A stretch of 64,000 bases of DNA from sequence record DRR723986_5073; one strand, written 5' to 3'. Under the pieces are notes generated by a model. That model saw only the letters and a program-made list of their open reading frames with translations. It was not told where the DNA came from and searched no databases. Positions 1 through 10,781 of this stretch are shown piece by piece (within the stretch, counting starts at the first letter, position 1; the number at the start of each line of letters is the position of its first letter). Made by a program: the position numbers and the translations under genes.

Positions 1-161
1 CAATCTGTCACCCATGTCTCGAGCCGCTCAGATTATCCGACATCCTGTGGCCAAATATCCTGATGCCTGCGCCAAAGTATTGCGCTGGGGCCATGTTGCC
101 TGTGTAGTCGTCGCTCTGACGCGGGAGAGGTGAGAGCGTGAGCGAACCGGATGGCATTATA

Positions 162-1127
162 ATGACCGAACGGATGGACTGGGATAATATGCGTGTGTTC
201 CGCATTGTTGCGGAACTCGGCAGCATGAACGCTGCGGCGCATCGCCTCCAGGAATCCGCGCCAACGATCGGCCGCAAAATCGACCAGCTGGAAAAGGACC
301 TGAACACGGTCCTGCTCGTGCGCACGACCCGCGGGGTTGAACTGACAGACGCCGGCCGGATCGCGCTCAGCCATATTCACGCCATGGCGGAGTCGGTCGG
401 CGAGGTCTTCGAAAATGCCGGCAATCGCGACCGGGACGTCGAAGGCCGCATCGTGCTGGCTACCGGTGACGGCCTTGGGCCGTACTGGATCGCGCCGCGC
501 CTGCCGGAGTTCCAGGCCGCCAATCCGCGTGTCCAGCTGCGTCTGAGGGTGGTCGATACCGTGCCGGACGTTCTGGAAGGCGAAGCGGACATCGCGATAC
601 AGTTCACCGAGCCGAAATCACCGGAAATCATCGGCCGGAAGCTGGGCGTTCTTCATTATATGAGTTTCGCATCCGAGGCTTATCTGGCTGAGTATGAAGA
701 ACTGCCCAACAGCCTGTTCGAATACTACCGCTACAAGACCATCCTTCATGAAGGCTATGTGCACCAAATCGAGCGCTGGGCGCCGCGCGTCGCTGAACTC
801 AAGAAGATGATCGACTACTCGCTGGTCACCAATTCTGCCGCTGCCATGATTGAGGTTTGCGCGCATGGCGGGGGCATTGCGGTGCTGCCGTCCTATATCG
901 GCGAGATCGACAAGCGGGTGAAGCCGCTGAACCTGCCGGAAATCGCGCCGATCCAGTTCTGGCTGACCTATACCGAACGGGTGCGCCGCCTGCCTCAGGG
1001 CCAAGCTGTGCTCGATTGGCTGTGGACCATTTTCGATGAGCGCCGGGTCGCCTGGTTCCGGGATGCCTTCGTGCATCCGGATCAGGTGAAGTATGGTGCA
1101 GAATCGCAAGTCGCCCGGACTTTCTAG
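162..1127 (+). CDS. LysR-family transcriptional regulator
   Basis: N-terminal HTH (WDNMRVFRIVAELGSMNAAAHRL...GRKIDQLEKDL..LLVRTTRGVELTDAG) followed by a substrate-binding domain. The start could also be GTG 138. Confidence 0.93.
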   Translation: MTERMDWDNMRVFRIVAELGSMNAAAHRLQESAPTIGRKIDQLEKDLNTVLLVRTTRGVELTDAGRIALSHIHAMAESVGEVFENAGNRDRDVEGRIVLATGDGLGPYWIAPRLPEFQAANPRVQLRLRVVDTVPDVLEGEADIAIQFTEPKSPEIIGRKLGVLHYMSFASEAYLAEYEELPNSLFEYYRYKTILHEGYVHQIERWAPRVAELKKMIDYSLVTNSAAAMIEVCAHGGGIAVLPSYIGEIDKRVKPLNLPEIAPIQFWLTYTERVRRLPQGQAVLDWLWTIFDERRVAWFRDAFVHPDQVKYGAESQVARTF

Positions 1128-1173
1128 GCGGACCTGAAAGCCGGACGACCGGATATTCGCGAGCGGGCAGGGA

Positions 1174-1557
1174 TCAGTCTGCCGACAGGGCCTTCAGCAC
1201 GCGGGCCATGGCGCCGAGCTTTTCGACGGAATTCGCCCGGTTGATCCAGGAGTGGCACTCGTTGCGGGCCTTCTCCAGCGGATCGGGCGCATTGCCCTTG
1301 TTGGCATTGGTATCTTCGAACAGGTCGGTGATCTCGACGCGCAGCACGTCAGCGACGTTCGACAGCATGCCGGCGCTCAGGCGATTGGTGCCGGTTTCGT
1401 ATTTCTGCAGCTGCTGATGAGAGATGCCGAGTTCGGATCCGAGTTCGGCAAGTGTCATGTTTCTGTCGAGGCGAAGTTTGCGGATTTTTTCGCCCACCAT
1501 CTGGTCGATTGCGGTGGGGGCGCGGGATGTAGTCTGTCGGCGAGATGGCACGTCCAA
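1174..1557 (-). CDS. XRE/Cro-family HTH regulator (alphaproteobacterial PraR/Rtr-like type)
   Basis: VGEKIRKLR...TLAELGSELGISHQQLQKYETGTNRLSAGML signature. The start codon is uncertain. Confidence 0.9.
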   Translation of the reverse strand: MDVPSRRQTTSRAPTAIDQMVGEKIRKLRLDRNMTLAELGSELGISHQQLQKYETGTNRLSAGMLSNVADVLRVEITDLFEDTNANKGNAPDPLEKARNECHSWINRANSVEKLGAMARVLKALSAD

Positions 1558-1816
1558 TATCCTCAGAAGTTTACGGATTATGGGATAGTAAACTCTTCTC
1601 TCTTAGGATGTAGAAGCAAATCGTGTGCTTATAACAAATTTGAAACACTGCTCTGTTGACGCTATTCGATAGCGAATATTACATTCTTTTGGTTGGTATG
1701 CATAGGGACCCTAATCGCCTATAAATTCAGGGATTATTCCAAAGCGTATCGATGCGCTACTTTCTGTAGCAATTCTTATAGAAGTTGCTGTCGTGCCCGG
1801 GGTATTTGGAGGACGA

Positions 1817-4800
1817 TCAATAGTCTCTTTTCCACCGGATAGAGACTTTGCTGTCGCCCGTCGCATTTGTCTCTGACGTTACGGAGACCTGGGGTCTGGG
1901 CTGCCACTCGACCTCGACAGAGCTGCCTTCGGCCCCTGCAGATTTCAGCTCCAGATAAACATCATCACTCAGATATTGACCAACACCGATTTCCGCGCCG
2001 CCAGTTTCAGAGGTGCCGATAGAGAATCGGTCGATCCCGAGCGCCGCCTGAAATTCGCTTGCCGGATCGAATCCGGTGGAGTTTCCGGACAGCCGCGCAA
2101 TGGTGTTGGCAAGCTGGGCAGCCTCCAGAGCGGACAAGTCCATCGAGGAGCGGCCGAACAGCAGCCGGGAGAGGATCTCATCCTGGGGAAGGTCAGGGGA
2201 GCTTGAGAGCTCGATCACAGGCTTCACGGGCGAGCCCGTCACATTCACCTGTACATCAAAGTCGTTCACCGACCGTTCGGCGGAGAGATTGATCTGGGCT
2301 CTGCTCACAGGGCCATCGAACGTGATGGTTCCCGTGTCGAAGACGAAGGGCCGGCCGGCGAGATCCAGATCACCACGGACCAGCGTTGTTGTGCCGTTGA
2401 AGCGAAGTGCTGCAGGCGTGCCGGTCAGCTTCAGGTCGGCCCGCCATTCACTGTCGAGGCCCCGGCCGGTGACATAGACCCGGCGGTCGGCATTGATGTC
2501 GATATCCAGCGACAGCGTCCGGCGGAGCCGGCTGGCGTCGGGCTCGGACCGCGGGTCATCGGTCCAGCGCACATCGAGCGCGTGTGGGCGCGAGGAAGGC
2601 AGATTGTCCAGCGAGTAGCGGGCCTGCGTGATCGTTACGTCTCCCGTCAGGCTGCGAGCGTCAGGGCTGTCGGCCAGGATCAGCTTGCCGCTGCCTCGGG
2701 CGTGATCGCCATCGCGATTGAACAGGAGCAGGTTGCGGAACTCGGTCTCAAGGTCTGTGCCTTCGCCAGCGAGACGGCCATCCAGAGAGAATGTGCCGCC
2801 GCCCGGCGCACCTGCCTCGCCAGTGACGCTGAGCGCTTCGCCGTCATAAGCGGCGTCTGCGGTAATGTCTGACAATTGGAAGCCCATGCTGCCCAGTTCA
2901 TAGGTACCGTTCCGGAGGCTGGCCTTGGCGTCATAGGCAGGGGCCTCCAGCGTACCGGTGAGGTTTGCGGAAGCGTTGATGGTGCCGCTGACGTCATGGC
3001 CAAAGGCAAGGGCAGCGGTGCGCAGCACGGCGAGATCGCCGGTCAGGCTGGCCTGGCCTTTCAGGGGAGCTTTCCGGTCTGGTGCAACCAGATTCCCGGC
3101 CTCGGCTGTGACAGGCACGACCGTGCTGCCGCTCAGGACCAGGCGGCCACCATAATCGCTCCTCAGGTCAATGGTGAGGCCGCTGCGGGTCAGCGTCCCA
3201 TCGAGGTTCATCATGAAGGAGGAATCAAGTCCCGGCACATCGCTGGCCGCGACGACATGGATGGTGCCGGACGGGTCCGCGCCGAAGACGCGCAGGTCGC
3301 CATGGCCTTCCATGCGGGTACGGTTGGTCGTGGTTTCGAAGAGCGCAAGGACTGGACTGAGGTCGATGCCGGTTGCGTCAAAGATGAGGCGGGTGTCGTC
3401 ACCGCCACCGGTCAGTCCGGCCTTGATGCGGCCGCTGAGAAGGGAAACGTCGGCATCGAGTTCCGGAGCGACGCCAAGCCGCCAATGCGCCGGAGCTGCC
3501 GTGTTTATGGGCTCTCCCAGTGCGGAGCCGGAAAGCTCGAACATGCCGGTTGCTGCAGGCGCGCCGAAACTGGCGGACGCGATGAAGGTCAGGTCGGTCG
3601 GGTAGGACGGCACGTCGGAGATGAACCGGGCGCGGATGTCGTAGCCTTCCGGCGCATTGCGCAGGGTGGCGCTGGCCTTGTCGAAGACGAGTGCGCGGCC
3701 GGGGCCGAGGGCGAGGTCCGTGACATTCAGGTTTGCCATCAGGGCGAAGGGGGCGGCGCCTTTGCGCTCGAAATGGATGGTGCCATTGGCCTCGCGGACT
3801 TCACCGCCGCTCCAGGAGAGAGCCGTGCCGTCGACATTGACGTCACCTGTCAAATCGCCGGAATCTGCAAGGGTGACAGCGCCGGTGAACGTGCCCGGGC
3901 CGAGGGTGCCGGACAGGTCGGTGATCTGGGTGGTGCCATCCGCCCGGATGAGGTTGGCATCGGCGGACACCGGTTCCCCATCGGCAATGGCGCTGAGGGT
4001 GAGCGGGCCGGAAATACGGCCATGGGCGTCCGTAAGCTTTGCCGTCAGGGCCAGATCATTGACCTGTCGCCCGGCGCCATTTGCAGTGCCGCCGGAGGTG
4101 CCGATGTCATAACGAAGGGCGCCTGAGCGGCCACCAAGCCGGACTTGTGCATGACCAAGGGAGACTTCCCAGCCACTCAGCGTGACCGGTGTGGACTGTG
4201 TCAGTTCGGCCCGCACATCGCTGTTGCCAGACCATGCCCAATCGCCGGCCGCGGTGACCACGGCCCGCTGGCCGGAGAGCCGCGCAGACGAAATCCCGAG
4301 TGCGCCGGACTTCACCTGAAGCGAGGCGTTCAGGGTCGGCGCCGTTCCGGTCAGCTGCAGGAGCGGATCCGGCAGATCGGCAAGGTCCTTTGCGGCGAGA
4401 CTGAATTCAATGGCAGGGCGGGCGAGGGCGCCGCTCAGCGAGAAGGGACCGCTCAGCTGGCCGCTTGCGCCGCCCGGCAGCGGGTCAAGCGCGGTCGTGA
4501 GTGTGCCGGAGAGGTCCAGCCTGTTTTCTGCAAGAACGATGGTGCCAGTGGCGCCGACGCGGCCCTTCGAGAGGGCGGCATCGGTCTGCTCCAGTATGAG
4601 GCGTTGGGCGGCGCGGTCGTAGCGGCCTTCGGCGTGGAGGGCGGTGATTTCGCCGAACAGCGGCGCGGCGGCACTGACGCGGCCGAGGAGTTTGGTGATC
4701 TTCAGGTCGCCGGTGAAGGCAATGTCCGGCTGCCCGATGGACACTTTCACAGGACCTTCGGCCCGTTCGAAGGGGATGGCGTTCTCGCCGCTGACTTTCA

Positions 4801-5935
4801 GTCCGGCCTTTCCTTGCAGCAGCCAGTCTTTCCGGTCCTTCGCCGCTTTGCCGATGAAGGAGAGCTTGCCCGGCTCGCCCAGAATCGGCTGGAGGTCCGT
4901 GACCTCGACATCGAGATCCGCCGCCCCGGTCAGCGCCCAGCTGCGCGTATCGACCTTGCCGCGAACGGACAGGGTGCCTGCACGCAGGGAGGTCTCTATG
5001 CCGAATGGCGCTTCCCGTAGCCCGGTCGTGCTTTCGAGGCGGACGGTGGTGGCATCGCCGACAAGCGACACGATCTGGCTGCCCAGCATCGGCAGGCGCG
5101 TTGCGTCGAGCGTCGCATCGGCGGTCAGGCGCTTGTCCTTGATCTTCAGCGCTGCGGTCGCGGCCGGCTGGTCGCCGATGGTCAACGTTGCATCGCCTGT
5201 GGCTGTGTCAGGCGTGCCGGAGGCCGATGCTTTCAGCGTCACACCGGTGCCGTTCTCGAGGCCGATCAGGTTCGCAATCACGCCGCCGGGGGCGCCATTG
5301 ATGTCAGCGTCTAGGCTGAACGGACCGGTGGCCTCGCGGCGCAGGTCGATCAGGAACCGGTCGGTGCCCGCATCACGCGGGGACGCGTCGAGCTTTGCCG
5401 CCAGAGTACGTCCGGCCTGGTCGTAGCGGCCAGTCACATCGAAGTGCGCTTCCGGCCCGGCAAAGCCTTTCTGGAAGGCGAGGTCCGGAATGGTCAGGCT
5501 ACGGAGCTTGATGCGGATGTCGCTGCTACCGCCACTCGATGGCGGCTGCTTCTCCGTCACCGGGCGGCGGATGAAGTTGAGTTCGCCTGCCGACAGGGCC
5601 TTCACATCGACGAGGCCGAAGACGAGCGCCATGGGCGCCCAGTCGACCGAAATGTTCTGCGCAACGACCCAGTCTCCGTTAGCGTCGCGCACGGCCAGCC
5701 GCCGCAGGTACATCTTGCCGAGCGGGTCGCCCGACAGGCCTTCGGCGTCAATCGCGCCATAGGCGCCCGCCTTGCGGCCATCGATCTGTGAGAGCAGCCA
5801 GGCTCGCCCGCCATCGCTGGCGATCCACACGCGTGCCGAGATGACCACGATGATGATCGTCAGCAGCAGGGCCGCGACCGCTGAGAGCCACGGGTACTTC
5901 CGGATCGGGGCGATAAGCGTTTTCAGGGCAGGCAT
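1817..5935 (-). CDS. tamB: Translocation and assembly module inner-membrane subunit TamB
   Basis: 1372 aa, N-terminal TM anchor, beta-rich body, C-terminal DUF490-type motifs (GRGLDSEW, SSPDLPQDEILSRLLFG, GQYLSDDVY, WKRDY). Adjacent to tamA. Confidence 0.93.
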   Translation of the reverse strand: MPALKTLIAPIRKYPWLSAVAALLLTIIIVVISARVWIASDGGRAWLLSQIDGRKAGAYGAIDAEGLSGDPLGKMYLRRLAVRDANGDWVVAQNISVDWAPMALVFGLVDVKALSAGELNFIRRPVTEKQPPSSGGSSDIRIKLRSLTIPDLAFQKGFAGPEAHFDVTGRYDQAGRTLAAKLDASPRDAGTDRFLIDLRREATGPFSLDADINGAPGGVIANLIGLENGTGVTLKASASGTPDTATGDATLTIGDQPAATAALKIKDKRLTADATLDATRLPMLGSQIVSLVGDATTVRLESTTGLREAPFGIETSLRAGTLSVRGKVDTRSWALTGAADLDVEVTDLQPILGEPGKLSFIGKAAKDRKDWLLQGKAGLKVSGENAIPFERAEGPVKVSIGQPDIAFTGDLKITKLLGRVSAAAPLFGEITALHAEGRYDRAAQRLILEQTDAALSKGRVGATGTIVLAENRLDLSGTLTTALDPLPGGASGQLSGPFSLSGALARPAIEFSLAAKDLADLPDPLLQLTGTAPTLNASLQVKSGALGISSARLSGQRAVVTAAGDWAWSGNSDVRAELTQSTPVTLSGWEVSLGHAQVRLGGRSGALRYDIGTSGGTANGAGRQVNDLALTAKLTDAHGRISGPLTLSAIADGEPVSADANLIRADGTTQITDLSGTLGPGTFTGAVTLADSGDLTGDVNVDGTALSWSGGEVREANGTIHFERKGAAPFALMANLNVTDLALGPGRALVFDKASATLRNAPEGYDIRARFISDVPSYPTDLTFIASASFGAPAATGMFELSGSALGEPINTAAPAHWRLGVAPELDADVSLLSGRIKAGLTGGGDDTRLIFDATGIDLSPVLALFETTTNRTRMEGHGDLRVFGADPSGTIHVVAASDVPGLDSSFMMNLDGTLTRSGLTIDLRSDYGGRLVLSGSTVVPVTAEAGNLVAPDRKAPLKGQASLTGDLAVLRTAALAFGHDVSGTINASANLTGTLEAPAYDAKASLRNGTYELGSMGFQLSDITADAAYDGEALSVTGEAGAPGGGTFSLDGRLAGEGTDLETEFRNLLLFNRDGDHARGSGKLILADSPDARSLTGDVTITQARYSLDNLPSSRPHALDVRWTDDPRSEPDASRLRRTLSLDIDINADRRVYVTGRGLDSEWRADLKLTGTPAALRFNGTTTLVRGDLDLAGRPFVFDTGTITFDGPVSRAQINLSAERSVNDFDVQVNVTGSPVKPVIELSSSPDLPQDEILSRLLFGRSSMDLSALEAAQLANTIARLSGNSTGFDPASEFQAALGIDRFSIGTSETGGAEIGVGQYLSDDVYLELKSAGAEGSSVEVEWQPRPQVSVTSETNATGDSKVSIRWKRDY

Positions 5936-7782
5936 CAGAATGCCTGCCCGATGGAAATGTAGATCTGTACCGGATCGTCGCCGTCGCGTGGGCTGATCGG
6001 CGTCGCGATGTCGAGCCGGATCGGGCCGAAGCCCGGATAGTAGCGCACGCCGACACCGAAGGCGCTGCGCAGGTCACCGAAGACTTCGCCGAAATCGGCT
6101 GCGGCAGCGCCAGAGTCGACAAAGGCAACATAGCCCCAGCGTTTCGATTTGCGCCAGCGCAGCTCAAGGGACGCATCAAACAGCGCTTCGCCGCCGACAT
6201 AGTCGCCATCTGCGTTGGTCGGTGACAGTGACTGGTAGGCATAGCCGCGCACCGTGCCGCCGCCACCCGCGAAGAACAGGCGGTCTGCCGGCACGTCCGT
6301 GTCGCCGAGGAAGCCGCCGGCTTCGATGCGTGCGGCAGCGATCAGGCTGTCCGTGAACGAATGGTAGGTTGTCGCATTGGTGAGGTAGCGGGTGTAGACG
6401 GCATTCACCGTGCCGGTGGAGACACTGGGCTCAAGCGTCAGGAACAGGCGGTTCCCGTCCTGCGGGTCCAGCGCGTTCTTGACCGTATTGTATGTGCCGC
6501 TCAGCGGGGTGGAGAAGGTGACCTGGTCGATCGGGTCGGAGGGGCCGGATCGCGTCAGCTCGTATTCGACCGTGCGGGTCACATCGACATAGGCGCCGGC
6601 CGAGATCGTGAAATTCTTGTTGAACGGCTGGGACAGGGTCGCACCGGTTTTCAGGCCGGTCAGATCATAGGCGTCGGTTTCTTCCTGGCGGGCGCCGATT
6701 TCCGCATCCAGCGTCCGGCCATAGCGGCCGATGTTCGGCAGTTCGTAACTGGCGGTCAGGTGGCGGCTGATATTGGCGACGGCGCCTTCCACGCGCACCG
6801 TGTCACCCCGGCCGGTGATGTTGCGCTTTTCCCAGAAGGCATCGACCCCGGCGCCCTCGGTCGTGGACAGGGATGCGCCGATACCGATGGAGCGCGGTTT
6901 CGCGTCTGCCAGCAAAAGCTCGACGGCGTGGGTGCCATCTGCGTCCGGCGTCTCGGACACTTCAATGCCGATCCCATCATAGAGACCGGACGATCGGAGA
7001 CGCGTCCTCAGCGTCCGGATTTTCTCCGGAGTGTAATAGTCGCCCGTCTTCCAGGTCTGCATCACGCGGACCGAGGGCGGCCGGGTCGTGATATCGTCCG
7101 GCAGGATGAGTTCGCCGAGCTTAACCCGCGGTCCGGGGATCAGCGTGTAGGTGATTTCGACACTCGCCTCAGCGCGGGAGGCGAGCACGTCGATGTCTTC
7201 GCTCGCCGCGAAGGCGTAGCCGGCCTCCTTCATGTGGTTCACCAGCACTGTGTCCATGCGCTCAATTGAGCTTGTGTGCGCGGGCCCGCCGATCAGCAGG
7301 CCCTTTTTCGCGCGTTCGATCTCCGCGCCGGTGTCCGGATCTATCTCGCCGTCGATGGCGATGGCGACCGAAGCGATGCGGAAACGTTTGCCGGGCGTGA
7401 TTTCAACCTTTGGCGTTGTGGCAGCGGTGTCGATGGGCAGAGGCACTGCACTGGCGGCAAGATAGCCTTCTGAGGAAAGGAACTCCTCAATCGTTTCGGC
7501 GGCCCGGTCGGCGCGGCGGCGCGCCTCGAGAATGGAGGTGGGCGGCGCCTTGTAGGTTTGCAAAACCGAGTTCGCGCGAGAAGCGAGATTGTCAGGCACG
7601 CCGTCAAGCGATGCGGGGGCGTAAACCGTGCCGGAGATGCCACCATCCGCGCCGTTTCCGCCCAGCAGCGTGCATGCCGAAAGGGTTCCGGCCAGCGCGA
7701 GGCTGGCGGCTTCACGGGCAAGGCCCGCACCCTTCTGACGCGGGCGGGAAGGCATATCACGGCCGGACATCGATTTAACCAT
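5935..7782 (-). CDS. tamA: Omp85-family autotransporter assembly protein TamA
   Basis: POTRA region plus barrel with FFAGGGGTVRGY and C-terminal GPIRLDIATP...YISIGQAF. Lipobox-like LSAC. Overlaps the tamB start. Confidence 0.93.
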   Translation of the reverse strand: MVKSMSGRDMPSRPRQKGAGLAREAASLALAGTLSACTLLGGNGADGGISGTVYAPASLDGVPDNLASRANSVLQTYKAPPTSILEARRRADRAAETIEEFLSSEGYLAASAVPLPIDTAATTPKVEITPGKRFRIASVAIAIDGEIDPDTGAEIERAKKGLLIGGPAHTSSIERMDTVLVNHMKEAGYAFAASEDIDVLASRAEASVEITYTLIPGPRVKLGELILPDDITTRPPSVRVMQTWKTGDYYTPEKIRTLRTRLRSSGLYDGIGIEVSETPDADGTHAVELLLADAKPRSIGIGASLSTTEGAGVDAFWEKRNITGRGDTVRVEGAVANISRHLTASYELPNIGRYGRTLDAEIGARQEETDAYDLTGLKTGATLSQPFNKNFTISAGAYVDVTRTVEYELTRSGPSDPIDQVTFSTPLSGTYNTVKNALDPQDGNRLFLTLEPSVSTGTVNAVYTRYLTNATTYHSFTDSLIAAARIEAGGFLGDTDVPADRLFFAGGGGTVRGYAYQSLSPTNADGDYVGGEALFDASLELRWRKSKRWGYVAFVDSGAAAADFGEVFGDLRSAFGVGVRYYPGFGPIRLDIATPISPRDGDDPVQIYISIGQAF

Positions 7783-7951
7783 GCGAGTTCTGGACCAAAT
7801 TCATCGGTATTTCATGAATATGGGGGCTCAGATTGCCTGAATCCTGCATGAACTGCGGTAACTTCCTGTTAGGTCGCTGGTGAGTGATACGGACCCATTG
7901 TGCGGGACGGCCCGTAAACTATGTTTGTCCGGTTTTCCGAAAGGCCTTTTG

Positions 7952-8980
7952 ATGGACTATCTTATGGTGCTGGCGGGCCTCGGCCTCCTGATCTTTGGCG
8001 GTGAAGGACTCGTCCGCGGTTCGGTCGCGGTCGCTCGCAAGCTCAACATCTCGGAACTGGTGATCGGGCTGACCCTGGTGGGCTGCGGCACCTCCATGCC
8101 GGAACTGGTGACCAGCCTGCGCGCGATCGATACCGGCGCGGTCGGTATCTCCATCGGCAATGTCATGGGGTCCAACGTCGCGAACATCCTGCTGGTGCTG
8201 GGCGCGGCAGCGCTGGTGAAGCCGATCATGACCAATCCCAGCGCGCTGAAGCGGGACGCGGCGGTGGTCATCGTGGCGACCGCGGCGCTCTGCTGGCTAA
8301 TCTGGCTGGACGCGTTTACCCGGCTCAGCGGGTTCCTGCTGGTCACCGCGCTCGTCCTTTACATCATCCTGTCGCTGGTGGCCGACCAGAAGGGCGACAC
8401 GCCAGAGGCCGAGATGCATGCCGGAGAAGGCGAGATCGTCGAGGCGCCCTACGGGATCGTGAAAGGTCTGCTGATCGCACTGGCCGGGCTGGCGGGCATC
8501 GTGTTCGGCGCGCGTTTCATGGTCGACGGCGCTGTGGGCATTGCGCGCGACATTGGCGTCAGCGAAGCGGTGATCGGCATGTCCATCGTCGCCGTCGGTA
8601 CCAGCCTGCCTGAACTCGCGACCTCGCTGGCGGCGGCCCGCAGCGGCAAGGCGGATGTCGCGCTCGGCAACATCATCGGTTCCAACATCTTCAACATCCT
8701 CGGCATCCTGGGCGTGACGGCGCTGATCCATCCGTTCAGCGTGATGCAGAACCATGCCGGGAACATCGCAGGCGAAGCCATGCAGGCGGGCGGCCAGAGC
8801 ATCGTCAGCTCGACCGATATCGGCGCGCTGGTCCTGTCGCTGTTCTTCCTGTTCCTTTTCGGGATAACCGGGAAGAAGATCGCGCGCTGGGAAGGGGGGC
8901 TTCTTCTGGCGGGCTATGCGCTTTACATGGGGCTCCTGTTCAACATCATTCCAGTCCCGGCGCTGCTTCCCAATGTCTGA
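7952..8980 (+). CDS. Calcium/sodium antiporter (CaCA, YrbG-like)
   Basis: Two alpha-repeats (GTSMPE...GNVMGSN and GTSLPE...GNIIGSN) and about 10 TM segments. Confidence 0.92.
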   Translation: MDYLMVLAGLGLLIFGGEGLVRGSVAVARKLNISELVIGLTLVGCGTSMPELVTSLRAIDTGAVGISIGNVMGSNVANILLVLGAAALVKPIMTNPSALKRDAAVVIVATAALCWLIWLDAFTRLSGFLLVTALVLYIILSLVADQKGDTPEAEMHAGEGEIVEAPYGIVKGLLIALAGLAGIVFGARFMVDGAVGIARDIGVSEAVIGMSIVAVGTSLPELATSLAAARSGKADVALGNIIGSNIFNILGILGVTALIHPFSVMQNHAGNIAGEAMQAGGQSIVSSTDIGALVLSLFFLFLFGITGKKIARWEGGLLLAGYALYMGLLFNIIPVPALLPNV

Positions 8981-9440
8981 CAATCCGATCTATCAGAACC
9001 TCGGCCAGCTCGGCCAACAGACCGCCCAGCCGCAAAGCCCGGAAGAGGCGCAGCTGGAGCGCGTGCAGAACCCACACGCCGGCACGCTGTACCTGACGCG
9101 CTTCGTGGCGCCGGAATTCACGTCCATCTGCCCGGTCACCGGCCAGCCGGACTTCGCGCACCTGGTGATCGACTATGCGCCGGGCGAGTGGCTGGTGGAA
9201 TCGAAGAGCCTGAAGCTCTACCTCACCGGCTTCCGCAATCATGGCGCCTTCCATGAGGACTGCACGGTCTCCATCGGCAAGCGCATCTTCGAGTTCACCG
9301 AAGCCAAATGGTTGCGCATCAGCGGCTACTGGTATCCGCGCGGCGGTATCCCGATCGACGTGTTCTGGCAGTCGGGTGACGTGCCGGCCGGCCTCTATGT
9401 GCCGGACACCGGGGTCGCGCCGTATCGTGGGCGGGGCTAG
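8973..9440 (+). CDS. queF: NADPH-dependent 7-cyano-7-deazaguanine reductase (preQ1 synthase)
   Basis: [29 protein letters not shown] and PRGGI motifs. Confidence 0.96.
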   Translation: MSDNPIYQNLGQLGQQTAQPQSPEEAQLERVQNPHAGTLYLTRFVAPEFTSICPVTGQPDFAHLVIDYAPGEWLVESKSLKLYLTGFRNHGAFHEDCTVSIGKRIFEFTEAKWLRISGYWYPRGGIPIDVFWQSGDVPAGLYVPDTGVAPYRGRG

Positions 9441-9449
9441 ATCCCTCCC

Positions 9450-10070
9450 TCAGGAGATTGGGCAGCTCTGGTCGCTCTTCATTTCAAACGGCTGAACAAC
9501 ATTCCGGCGCCCGCGGTGCGATGGGAATGACATTGACTGCGTCAGGCACATCGCTTCGCGTTCATATTCCGCTTTCGCCGGGCCGGGCTGGCAGGTTGCA
9601 CTCAGCTGTGTCGGGCGGCCGGCGTCGTCGATGTCGAACCGGACCTCGCAGTTTACGCGTTCGCCACACGGAATCGGGCCGACTTTCGCAAGGATGCCTG
9701 GTGCAAACTGGCCGACGCATGACGACTTCTCTACCATCGCAGAGCCTTCCCGGCAGGTGAAGAGCCGGGCGCTCCGCTCAATGTCGTAGATGTCCTTGGT
9801 GGCGAAAAAGCGCTGGCGATTATCGGGGCTTTCGGCAAGCCAGCTATTCAGCCGGGCTTCGAAGCAGGTGTTTCGGCAACTTACAGTGAGCGGTGAATCC
9901 GGATCTGACAGAACCGACTCCCGTGACCTGCTGGGCGTGCAGTTTTCTATCAGGTCGTAGATCTCGTCTTTCTCTGTGAAAACGCGTGGCCCATCCTGGG
10001 CCTGCGCAGGCAGTCCTTGAAGGAGAAGGCTCAGCCCCATGGCGGCCAGTATGTGGCGAGGCACCCCCAT
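9450..10070 (-). CDS. Secreted Cys-rich hypothetical protein with TonB C-terminal-like region
   Basis: Signal peptide (AMGLSLLLQGLPAQA), 10 Cys, C-terminal CEVRFDIDDAGRP...YEREA...F pattern. ATG at 10070 lies just past the nitroreductase stop. Confidence 0.6.
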   Translation of the reverse strand: MGVPRHILAAMGLSLLLQGLPAQAQDGPRVFTEKDEIYDLIENCTPSRSRESVLSDPDSPLTVSCRNTCFEARLNSWLAESPDNRQRFFATKDIYDIERSARLFTCREGSAMVEKSSCVGQFAPGILAKVGPIPCGERVNCEVRFDIDDAGRPTQLSATCQPGPAKAEYEREAMCLTQSMSFPSHRGRRNVVQPFEMKSDQSCPIS

Positions 10071-10072
10071 CC

Positions 10073-10696
10073 TCAGCCTTCCCAGCGGGTGATCTTTTCG
10101 GCCATGTCGGCGCGGGGGCGTTCCGGCGGGGCCACCGTGGCGGTGCCGAGATAGATGAAGCCGGCGACGCGTTCGCCGTCTTCCAGGCCCAGCAGCTTGC
10201 CGGCGTCGGCGTCGAAGGCTGGCCATTCCGACAGCCAGTTACCGGCCCAGCCGCTGGCATTGGCGGCCAGCAGAAGATTATAGCAAACCGCCCCGGCGGA
10301 GAGTTCCTGCTCCCAGACCGGCGTGCGTCCGTCATTCACCGGCGAAGAAATCACGCAAACCACGACCGGCGCGCGCAGCGGCAGTTTGCGAGCATTTTCG
10401 ACTTCGGGCTCCGGATCGCCTCGTCCGGCGCGGATGTCCGCCAGGCCTTCGCCAAAGCGGGCGCGGGCCTCGCCTTCGAACACGACAAAGCGCCACGGGG
10501 CGAGCTTGCGGTGGTCCGGCACGCGTGTTGCGATCTGCAGCAATTCATCCAGATCTGCGGGCGAGGGGCCGGGCGCGCCCATGAACTGCTTGTTCGCGGA
10601 CCGGCGCAGCGCGAGCAAGGCGCGAGCCTCTGCGCTGGGCCTGACAGGAAGCATCGGTTCACCGAGCGGCGGAGCGGGAGGAAACCTTTTCGTCAT
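10073..10696 (-). CDS. Nitroreductase family protein (YdjA-like)
   Basis: RRS...RVPDHRKLAPWRF...GWAGNWLSEW motifs. Confidence 0.92.
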   Translation of the reverse strand: MTKRFPPAPPLGEPMLPVRPSAEARALLALRRSANKQFMGAPGPSPADLDELLQIATRVPDHRKLAPWRFVVFEGEARARFGEGLADIRAGRGDPEPEVENARKLPLRAPVVVCVISSPVNDGRTPVWEQELSAGAVCYNLLLAANASGWAGNWLSEWPAFDADAGKLLGLEDGERVAGFIYLGTATVAPPERPRADMAEKITRWEG

Positions 10697-10781
10697 ACGC
10701 CGTCCCTACAGTGAACCGATCCGGGCGAAAAGCGGGCTTTCAGACTCTGTGCTTGCCGGGAGGGCGATGGCAGTCTATTTT

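Noticed and set aside
8900-8975. preQ1 riboswitch upstream of queF
   Set aside because: queF starts inside the 3' end of the antiporter gene. There is no leader space and no aptamer motif is visible.
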